A stretch of 64,000 bases of DNA from an uncultured Chloroflexia bacterium (GTDB taxonomy: Bacteria; Chloroflexota; Limnocylindria; Limnocylindrales; CSP1-4), in contig CAWFXA010000002.1 in NCBI GenBank assembly GCA_963819655.1, positions 128,001-192,000 of the forward strand, written 5' to 3'. Shown here piece after piece: positions 56,827 to 64,000 of this stretch (its first letter is position 1; each line of letters opens with the position of its first letter). A program made the position numbers and the translations under genes. The notes under the pieces were generated by a model. That model worked only from the letters and a program-made list of their open reading frames with translations. It was not told the DNA's origin and searched no databases.

Positions 56827-57750
56827 ATGACGACCGACATCGCATCGGGACAGACGGAAGGAGCCGGTCTCGCCACGGGCGGGGCCGGCTCCGAGCGCGC
56901 CCGTCGGGCGACCGTGTATCTCCCGATGCTGCCGTTCTTCGCCTACGTGACGCTGTTCCTGTTGCTGCCCACGCTCATCGTCGTTGTCGGAGCGTTCCAA
57001 ACCGACACCGGCGGCCTCACCCTCGACAACATCGGGACCGTGCTCACCGAGCAGCGGTTCCTTCAGGCTTTCGGCCGGTCCATCCAGCTGTCGCTCGTGA
57101 CCGCGCTGTTGGGCGCGGGGCTCGGCGGGGGTCTGGCCTGGGCGGTCTCGAGCGGCGGGCCGGGCGGCTGGCTGCGCCAGCTCGTCATAGCCTCCTCGGG
57201 AGTGCTCGCGCAGTTCGGCGGTGTGATGCTCGCGTTCGCGTTCCTCGCCGCATTCGGATTCAACGGGCTGGTGACGATCGCCCTCCGCGACACCGTCGGA
57301 CTCGACCTGACCGCCGACAGCACGTGGCTGTACGGGATGACCGGGCTGACGCTCGTCTACACCTACTTCCAGATCCCGCTGATGGTGATCGTCTTCCTGC
57401 CCGCGCTCGACGGGCTGCGCCAGGAGTGGTACGACGCGTCGAACAGCCTGGGCGGCTCCAGCTGGTCGTTCTGGCGCCACGTCGGCGGGCCGATCCTCGC
57501 CCCGAGCTTCCTCGGGGCAGTGCTGCTCCTGTTCGCGAACGCGTTCTCCGCATACGCCACAGCGGCGGCTCTCGTGAGCCAGGGCAGCCCGATCGTGCCG
57601 CTCCAGATCCGCGAGGCGCTGACCAGCGAGGTCGCCCTGGGCCAGGAGAACATCGGCAAGGCCCTGGCGCTCGGCATGATCGTGGTGGTCGTCGTCGTGA
57701 TGGGGCTGTATGCCCTGGTGCAGCGCCGAGCCGGCCGGTGGATCCGGTGA
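56827..57750 (+). CDS. ABC importer permease
   Basis: Multiple TM helices; YFQIPLM; EAA-like loop WYDASNSLGG. Confidence 0.9.
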   Translation: MTTDIASGQTEGAGLATGGAGSERARRATVYLPMLPFFAYVTLFLLLPTLIVVVGAFQTDTGGLTLDNIGTVLTEQRFLQAFGRSIQLSLVTALLGAGLGGGLAWAVSSGGPGGWLRQLVIASSGVLAQFGGVMLAFAFLAAFGFNGLVTIALRDTVGLDLTADSTWLYGMTGLTLVYTYFQIPLMVIVFLPALDGLRQEWYDASNSLGGSSWSFWRHVGGPILAPSFLGAVLLLFANAFSAYATAAALVSQGSPIVPLQIREALTSEVALGQENIGKALALGMIVVVVVVMGLYALVQRRAGRWIR

Positions 57751-58553
57751 GACGGCGGCCGTTCCGGCAGAAGCTGGCCCGTTGGGTTCTGCTCATCCTC
57801 GTCGGCGGCTACCTGCTGCTGCCGCTGATCGCGATGGCGGAGTTCTCGACCCGCGGCGACTTCGGGACCCGCTCGCTCGACGCGTGGATCGCGATCGCGG
57901 ACGACCCGAACCTCGTGGAAGCGATCATCATCACGATCGCGATCGCCGCACTCACCGCGATCGGCATGGTGCTCCTGCTCGTGCCGACGATGGCCTGGAC
58001 CTACATCCGCGTTCCGGCGTTGAAGCGCCCGATTGAGTTCCTGTGCCTACTGCCGCTGGCGATCCCGCCCGTCGTCCTGATCGTTGGGATCGTGCCCATC
58101 TATTCGATCCTGAGTCGCGCCACCCGCGGGAGCCCGCTCACGCTGGTCTTCATCGACATCATCCTCGTGCTGCCGTACGCGCACCGGGCGATCGATGCCG
58201 GGATGAAATCGATCGACGTCCCGACGCTGGCCGAGGCGGCTCGGAGCCTGGGCGCCAGCTGGCCGCGCGTGATCTTCCAGGTCATCGCGCCGAATCTGCG
58301 CGGCGCGATCCTGTCCGCCGCGGTGATCTCCGTCGCCCTCGTGCTGGGCGAGTTCACGATCTCGTCGTTGCTGAACTACGACACGCTCCAGGTGGTGATC
58401 AACCTGCTCGGCAAGCGCGACTCCTTCGTCGCCGTCGCGGTCTCGCTCGCTGCACTCATCTTCGCGTTCCTGCTCGTCCTCGCCATCACCGTCGTCGGAT
58501 CGGAGCGCCGACGCGCGGTCGAAGAGCCGATCGAGGAGGTATCTGCAGCGTGA
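57747..58553 (+). CDS. ABC importer permease
   Basis: GTGA overlap start; LAEAARSLGA; GEFT. Confidence 0.9.
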   Translation: MRRRPFRQKLARWVLLILVGGYLLLPLIAMAEFSTRGDFGTRSLDAWIAIADDPNLVEAIIITIAIAALTAIGMVLLLVPTMAWTYIRVPALKRPIEFLCLLPLAIPPVVLIVGIVPIYSILSRATRGSPLTLVFIDIILVLPYAHRAIDAGMKSIDVPTLAEAARSLGASWPRVIFQVIAPNLRGAILSAAVISVALVLGEFTISSLLNYDTLQVVINLLGKRDSFVAVAVSLAALIFAFLLVLAITVVGSERRRAVEEPIEEVSAA

Positions 58554-59674
58554 CCACCACACCCAGCGCTGAGGCCACCGGAACCCGAGCGGGCGTCGCG
58601 GTCCAGCTGCTCGACCTGCATCGACGGTACGGGAGCGTCAGCGCCCTCGACGGTCTGACACTGGAGCTGGCCCCGGGTGAGCTGGTCGCGCTCCTCGGCC
58701 CGTCGGGCTGCGGCAAGACCACCGCCCTCCGGGCGCTGGCCGGGCTCGACGAGGCTGACGAGGGCCGGATCCTCGTCGACGGCAAGGACATCACGCGCGT
58801 CCCGGCCAACCGGCGCGACATGGGGATGGTGTTCCAGGCCTACAGCCTGTTCCCGAACATGACGGCCCGGGACAACGTCGCCTACGGCCTTCGGCTGCGC
58901 GGGATCGACGGGCCGAACCGCCGGCGGCGCGCGGACGAGATGCTCGAGCTGGTCGGTCTGCAGGCCCAGGGCGGTCGGTATCCGTACCAGCTCTCCGGTG
59001 GCCAGCAGCAGCGTGTCGCGCTGGCGCGCGCCCTCGCGATCCGCCCCAAGGTGCTGCTCCTCGACGAGCCGCTCTCCGCGCTCGACGCGAAGGTCCGCCG
59101 GCAGCTCCGTGAGGAGATCCGTCGGATCCAGATCGCGGTCGGCACGACGACGCTGTTCGTGACCCACGACCAGGAGGAGGCCCTCGCGCTCGGCGACCGG
59201 GTCGGGGTGATGTCGGCCGGGCGACTCGAGCAGATCGCGCCGCCGTCGGAGCTCTACGACCGGCCGCGAACCGCGTTCGTCGCAGAGTTCGTCGGCCTCA
59301 CGAACCGGATCCGCGGCATCGCCCGCGATGGCGCCGTCGAGCTCATCGGACAGCGGGTGCCGCTCCTCGAGGGCTCGGCTGGATCGGGCCCCGTCATCGC
59401 GCTCGTCCGGCCGGAGGCGATCCGCCTGGTCCCCGACGCCGGTGGTCTGGCACGGGTGCTCGCGGCGAGCTTCCTCGGCTCAGTGAGCCGCGTCCAGGTC
59501 GAGCTCCCGACGGGCGAGCTGGTGGGCGTCCAGACCGACGTCGAGGAGGCCGGGCAGCTGGCGCCGGGAACGGTCGTCACCGTGACATTCGCGCCATCGC
59601 CGGTCTTCGCGGTCCCCGATGCACCTGTCGCGGCCGTGGCGGCCGCCGCGTCCGTTCCCGCCGCGGCGTCGTGA
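58550..59674 (+). CDS. ABC importer ATPase (PotA-like, TOBE domain)
   Basis: GPSGCGKTT, LSGGQQQR, LLDEP, VTHDQEEA. Confidence 0.93.
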   Translation: MTTTPSAEATGTRAGVAVQLLDLHRRYGSVSALDGLTLELAPGELVALLGPSGCGKTTALRALAGLDEADEGRILVDGKDITRVPANRRDMGMVFQAYSLFPNMTARDNVAYGLRLRGIDGPNRRRRADEMLELVGLQAQGGRYPYQLSGGQQQRVALARALAIRPKVLLLDEPLSALDAKVRRQLREEIRRIQIAVGTTTLFVTHDQEEALALGDRVGVMSAGRLEQIAPPSELYDRPRTAFVAEFVGLTNRIRGIARDGAVELIGQRVPLLEGSAGSGPVIALVRPEAIRLVPDAGGLARVLAASFLGSVSRVQVELPTGELVGVQTDVEEAGQLAPGTVVTVTFAPSPVFAVPDAPVAAVAAAASVPAAAS

Positions 59675-61035
59675 CCCGGATCCTCGAACCGGCACGCGAG
59701 GTCGACGTCGTCCACGACACCGATGTACTCGTCGTCGGCAGCGGCCCGGGCGGATTGTCGGCGGCCCTCGCGTCGGCGCGGGCCGGCGCCCGCACGACAC
59801 TGCTTGATCGGTACGGCTGTTTCGGGGGGAACATGACCCAGGTCGGTGTCGAGAGCATCGGCTGGTACCGCCACGAAGGGACGGTCGAGGGCGAGGGGAT
59901 CGGGCGCGAGCTGGAGGAGCGCGCGGCCGCGATGGGCGCAGCGAGCCCAGAGAGCCAGTCGCTGTCGATGGGCATCAACGGCGAGCGGTTCAAATACGTC
60001 GCCGACGTCCTGGTCGAGGAGGCCGGGATCACGCCGATGCTCCACCGCCTGGCCGTCGCCCCGATCGTCGAGGACGGTGCGGTCCGCGGTGTCATCACCG
60101 AGAGCAAGTCCGGCCGGGAGGCGGTCCTCGCGAAGCGCGTCGTCGACGCCACGGGCGACGCGGACGTGGCCGCCCGCGCCGGCGCGCCCGTCCGCATCAC
60201 GCCCCGGGAGGAGATGCTGGCGGCGTCGGTGATGTTCTCGATGACCGGTGTGAACAAGGGCCGCTTCCTCGACGCCGTGAAGGCGGATCCCCAGACCTAC
60301 AGGGACTGGGCGGGAAATGCGGAGTGGGACATCGAGACCACGGGTAAGGAGGACGAGCTCTACTCACCGTTCCTGCGCAAGCCGTTCAAACAGGCCGTCG
60401 CGGCCGGGCTCATCCCGGCGAACCTCATCACACTGGCCGGCACGTGGGGCACGATCAGCGACCAGGGCGACCTGACGTATCTCAACCTCATCCACCTCGC
60501 CGGCATCGACGGCACGAGCGCGGACGACCTCTCTCGCGGCGAGATCGAGGGCCGCAAGCAGGCGATGCAGGCGATCGATGCGTTGCGCGCCTTCATGCCC
60601 GGCTGCGAGGACGCGACGCTGCGCAACTTCGGGATGACCATCGGCATCCGCGACACCCGCAAGATAGACGCGCTGTACGACCTGACCGAGCGCGATGTCC
60701 GCGAGCAAGCGCGCTTCGACGACGCGATCGGGATCTTCCCCGAGTTCATCGACGGGTACGGCGTCCTGATCCTGCCCACGACCGGACGCTACTTCCAGGT
60801 GCCGTACCGCTCGCTCGTGCCCAAGGGCGTAGGAGGTCTGATCGTTGCCGGCCGCTCGATCGGCGGCGACAAGGTCTCGCATGCGTCGGTGCGGAACATG
60901 ATGTGCTGCACGGTCAGCGGCCAGGGTGCCGGAGTGGCGGCGGCTGTGTCGCTCCGCCTGGCCCAGCCGTTCGACGGGTTGGACGTGAGTCGGGTCCAGG
61001 CTGAGCTCAAACGACAGGGCGTGCGCATCCACTGA
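59671..61035 (+). CDS. FAD-dependent oxidoreductase (FAD_oxidored/HI0933-like)
   Basis: VVGSGPGG, DATGDAD, GIRDTR, VPYRSLVP, VAGRSI, GQGAG. Confidence 0.88.
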   Translation: MTRILEPAREVDVVHDTDVLVVGSGPGGLSAALASARAGARTTLLDRYGCFGGNMTQVGVESIGWYRHEGTVEGEGIGRELEERAAAMGAASPESQSLSMGINGERFKYVADVLVEEAGITPMLHRLAVAPIVEDGAVRGVITESKSGREAVLAKRVVDATGDADVAARAGAPVRITPREEMLAASVMFSMTGVNKGRFLDAVKADPQTYRDWAGNAEWDIETTGKEDELYSPFLRKPFKQAVAAGLIPANLITLAGTWGTISDQGDLTYLNLIHLAGIDGTSADDLSRGEIEGRKQAMQAIDALRAFMPGCEDATLRNFGMTIGIRDTRKIDALYDLTERDVREQARFDDAIGIFPEFIDGYGVLILPTTGRYFQVPYRSLVPKGVGGLIVAGRSIGGDKVSHASVRNMMCCTVSGQGAGVAAAVSLRLAQPFDGLDVSRVQAELKRQGVRIH

Positions 61036-61066
61036 GGGTCCTCACCCGGCGGCGACGGCGACGACC

Positions 61067-61191
61067 GCGGTTCCTCCCAGGAACGAGAACGCCACGAACG
61101 TGCGTGGCTCCCGCGCGAACTCGACATCCTCTGTCAGAAGTCTGCCTGGTCCACGTTCGTTCATCGAAGATCCGTTCCTTGGAGGAACCGC
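61067..61191. repeat. Palindromic ~120 bp repeat, diverged copy 1
   Basis: Terminal IRs GCGGTTCCTCCCAGGAACG / CGTTCCTTGGAGGAACCGC; internal CGCCACGAACGTGC and TTCATCGA shared with copies 2 and 3. Confidence 0.8.
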
Positions 61192-61233
61192 AGCCCCGTG
61201 GCAAGCACACGACGAGGGCCCGTCCGAGCATCC

Positions 61234-61354
61234 CGTTACTCCCGGTAGCGAGATCGCCACGAACGTGCACGGCTCCCACACCAGATCGACAGTTCGTGTC
61301 AGAACTCGGCCTCGTCCACGCTCATTCATCGAGGATCCGTTACTGGGAGTAACG
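61234..61354. repeat. Palindromic ~120 bp repeat, copy 2
   Basis: CGTTACTCCCGGTAGCG...CGTTACTGGGAGTAACG. Confidence 0.9.
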
Positions 61355-61452
61355 CGGGGCGCCGGGGGCCCGCGATGCCTCGACCGGCGCGCCGCCACCG
61401 ATGGCGAGTCGAGGCCCGCTGGTGCCCCCCACAACACCAGCGGGCCGAGTGC

Positions 61453-61623
61453 CTAGATCGAGACACCCACCTTCCAGATGATGTCGCTGATCTGGCCGCC
61501 GAGGAAGATCAGGGCAACGATGGCGATGATGGCGATCAGCGCGAGGATGAGCGCGTACTCCGCAAGTCCCTGTCCTGTGGAGTCATCCAGGATGCGCGCC
61601 CAGTGCGTTCGGATCCGTTTCAT
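61453..61623 (-). CDS. flp: Flp (type IVb/Tad) pilin, 56 aa
   Basis: Below the ORF-track size cutoff. MKRIRTHWARILDDSTG/QGLAEYALILALIAIIAIVALIFLGGQISDIIWKVGVSI: prepilin cleavage Gly with +5 Glu-Tyr. SD-like AGGGGA upstream. Confidence 0.92.
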   Translation of the reverse strand: MKRIRTHWARILDDSTGQGLAEYALILALIAIIAIVALIFLGGQISDIIWKVGVSI

Positions 61624-61761
61624 CTAGGTCCCCTGTGCGTGCCTCTGCCTGAGGCGGCACCCGGTCGTTGGGCCGGGCGTCTCGCAGCATCGGGTCGATC
61701 GCCCGGTGCCCGGAATCGGGGACATGCCCGTATCGTGGTTGCGGGTGGTCCCGCAATCCCG

Positions 61762-63069
61762 TCAGGACGCTGGCCAGTCGAACGCCACGACCATGCCTGA
61801 TCCGTGCGCGCCCAGGCCGGACCGTAGCGAGGCACCGCACAGCGCCGCCTCCGTCGCCATGTCCGCCAATCCGCGGTGCCCATCCTCCAGGGCGGCGCGC
61901 TCGACGCCGGGCGATAGCCCAGGACCATCGTCCTCGATTGACAGCCCTACTCGGTCTGGACGGCTGGATACGACGATGCGCACCTGCGCGGACGGCGCAT
62001 GGCGGACGACGTTCTCGAGCGCCAGCGCGGCGATCCGGAGCGCCGCTGCCGCCACAAGCGGAGGCGGTGACGCAGGGGGCTGCTCGTCGTTCTCGGCGAC
62101 GTCGATCGTGACTCTGACGTCGGATCGATCCTCTACCCGTTCAGCCAACGACTCGAGGGCCGTGACGAGTCCCCCAATCTCGAGACCGATCGCGTCGCGT
62201 GTTTCCACCATCGCTTCGACCTGACGAAGGGCGTCGCGCAGGGAGGCCGCCAAACGGTCCACCGACCCGACTTGCTCGGCCTCACGGATGGCGCGCCGGA
62301 GATCCGGCACGACCACGGCGTGGAGGTCGCGTGCGATCCGCGCTCGTTCGGCGATGGCGGCGCGCCGCTCCTGGGCGCGGCCCGGCTTGAGCTCCTGGCC
62401 GAATGTCCGGATCCAGGCGGCGGCATAGCCGAGCGCGTCGTCGGGACGCCTCGGTCGATCACGGATCGAGGCGATTCGTCGAGTGGTCCGTTCGGCCGCC
62501 GGCCGAAGGTCGCCGAGCATGCCGACAACCACGAAAGCAATGGTCGTGATCAGGAATGTCCGGGTGACCAACACGAGATCGCCCAAAGGCCGTGCCGGCT
62601 CCGTGAGGGCGATCTCCGGGTCCGGTGTGGCGAGAGCCCACGCCCCGACTCCAAAGACGACGATAACCGTGAGAACCCCGGCGGCGCGGAGCGGTCGCGC
62701 GACGCGGCGGGCCGGGTCGATCGCGTACGCGACCGCCGCGCTCGTCGCGCAGATCGCCGAGAGCACGATCGTCAATGCGATCCACCGCCACGTCTCGGGG
62801 CCAAGGTCCGCACGGTGGTCGCGACCAAAGCTCGCAAGATCCACCGTGATGGTGGAGAGGGCAACGATCAGTGCGAGCCACGCGACCGTCGGATGACTCC
62901 CCATCGCCAGGCCGACGACACACATGGCGGCCGAAGCGACGAGGAATGGCACCATCACATCCGGCGTCACCGCTGAGCCCTCGCCGACCGCCACGCGGTA
63001 TCCACCGAGCGCGATGATCAAGCCCACCGCCGCAAGGCCGAGGACGGCGAAGACTCCTGAACGGCTCAA
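61762..63069 (-). CDS. Membrane sensor histidine kinase (HisKA_3/NarX-like)
   Basis: About 6 TM helices; ERARIARDLH, ALENVVRHA, IEDDGPG, HRGL. Likely start TTG 63069 (TTGA overlap); alternative 63099. Confidence 0.85.
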   Translation of the reverse strand: MSRSGVFAVLGLAAVGLIIALGGYRVAVGEGSAVTPDVMVPFLVASAAMCVVGLAMGSHPTVAWLALIVALSTITVDLASFGRDHRADLGPETWRWIALTIVLSAICATSAAVAYAIDPARRVARPLRAAGVLTVIVVFGVGAWALATPDPEIALTEPARPLGDLVLVTRTFLITTIAFVVVGMLGDLRPAAERTTRRIASIRDRPRRPDDALGYAAAWIRTFGQELKPGRAQERRAAIAERARIARDLHAVVVPDLRRAIREAEQVGSVDRLAASLRDALRQVEAMVETRDAIGLEIGGLVTALESLAERVEDRSDVRVTIDVAENDEQPPASPPPLVAAAALRIAALALENVVRHAPSAQVRIVVSSRPDRVGLSIEDDGPGLSPGVERAALEDGHRGLADMATEAALCGASLRSGLGAHGSGMVVAFDWPAS

Positions 63070-63731
63070 CGACAGCCTCGTCGTTTTTCTGCCGCCCAAC
63101 CCTCGTCGATCGAAAGCACCGCCAGCTCCGTCCGCGACAACAAGCCATATCGATCGAAGAGCCGGCGAAGGTGACTCTCGACAGTCTTCTCGGAAAGACC
63201 CAGGGCGGCAGCGATCTCGGCGTTGGTCGCCCCGTCGATAACGTGGGCGATGACCTGGATCTCGCGATCAGAAGGGAGGCGGCGGGCCTCGCGCGACCCG
63301 ATGAGCGCGGCCGCACTGTATGCCGTGCCGCCACGCGCGATGGTTCGGATCCCGTCGATGATCTCTAGGACGTCGGCGGATTTGTCGATATAGCCCGCGG
63401 CGCCGCCGTCGATCGCGGCGCGGATCAGCGACGGATACCCGTATCCGGACAGGAATAGCACGGCTGGCGGCGCATGTCCGCGTAAGGCGCGTGGGTCATG
63501 GACGGCACGAAGGACCTGCAATCCCTCGGCACCGCCTGCCAGGTTCATGTCGCAGACGAGCACGTCGACCTTCGACGCGAGCTCCATGGCCTCATCGCCG
63601 GTCCGGGCGGCGCCGATCAGTCGGAGGTCGGCCGCAGCCTGTACCGCGGTGGCGATGGCGTCGAGGACCGCCGGATGGTCATCGACGATACCGACGCGTG
63701 TCGGGGTTCGCGTTCCGCGTGGCTTGCTGAT
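63066..63731 (-). CDS. NarL/LuxR family response regulator
   Basis: RVGIVDDHPAV lies upstream of the ORF-track start 63587; CDMNL, YIDKS, HTH SDREIQV...SEKTVESHL. Start inferred at ATC 63731. Confidence 0.85.
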   Translation of the reverse strand: MSKPRGTRTPTRVGIVDDHPAVLDAIATAVQAAADLRLIGAARTGDEAMELASKVDVLVCDMNLAGGAEGLQVLRAVHDPRALRGHAPPAVLFLSGYGYPSLIRAAIDGGAAGYIDKSADVLEIIDGIRTIARGGTAYSAAALIGSREARRLPSDREIQVIAHVIDGATNAEIAAALGLSEKTVESHLRRLFDRYGLLSRTELAVLSIDEGWAAEKRRGCR

Positions 63732-63867
63732 GAGCTCTCCCTGCAGCTGGCGACTTATCGGGGCAGCGTGCCGTGGTTCTGCCGAATCCGCATCAGGTGG
63801 ATTCCCGCAATACGACGACCGGCACCAACCCGAGTCAGATCGACGCAGTCGCTTCCGCCGAGAACCC

Positions 63868-63988
63868 CGTTACTCCCAGTAGCGAGATCGCCACGAACGT
63901 GCACGGCTCCTTTACCAGATCGACAGTCCGTGCCAGAACTCGGCCTCGTCCACGCTCATTCATCGAGGATCCGTTACTGGGAGTAACG
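63868..63988. repeat. Palindromic ~120 bp repeat, copy 3
   Basis: Near-identical to copy 2 and in the same orientation; the shared flank CGGGGCGCCGG extends to 63999. Confidence 0.9.
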
Positions 63989-64000
63989 CGGGGCGCCGGT

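Noticed and set aside
61624-61761. c-di-GMP or c-di-AMP riboswitch upstream of flp
   Set aside because: No GEMM or ydaO consensus could be identified.

Overview
64 kb of gene-dense, high-GC (about 70% by eye) bacterial chromosome with about 65 genes. The style suggests Chloroflexota or Actinomycetota (inference only). I found no rRNA, tRNA, CRISPR array, transposase or integrase. Main blocks, left to right: (1) an IclR-linked methylated-amine operon (enolase-superfamily enzyme, ALDH, non-pyrrolysine MttB-family methyltransferase, dimethylglycine dehydrogenase-like protein, sarcosine oxidase alpha/gamma/beta-like subunits); (2) GT2 + flippase-like gene, Mo-oxidoreductase, methyltransferase, MarR + heterodimeric ABC exporter; (3) a phenylacetate cluster paaF-DUF1444-paaG-paaABCD-paaH-paaJ with EthD and an alpha/beta hydrolase, and no paaE/K/Z in the window; (4) GNAT-fumC and a PadR-Rieske-membrane protein operon; (5) a GlnA4-type gamma-glutamylation cluster interrupted by an ankyrin gene and ppgK; (6) purE with a GrpB-PurK fusion, divergent from a disrupted KamB/NpmA-like 16S rRNA m1A1408 methyltransferase; (7) sufU-moeZ-cysO-cysM-mec; (8) an ABC importer + FAD oxidoreductase; (9) a NarL-type two-component pair plus a 56-aa Flp pilin missed by the ORF track, bracketed by copies of a ~120 bp palindromic repeat. 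Non-coding signals include TANNNT boxes just upstream of many start codons (leaderless genes), three families of long rod-like imperfect palindromes, and short tandem repeats that duplicate stop codons. Several genes carry indels, concentrated at 48.2-50.8 kb, probably assembly errors. All functional calls come from motif recognition by eye, not database searches.
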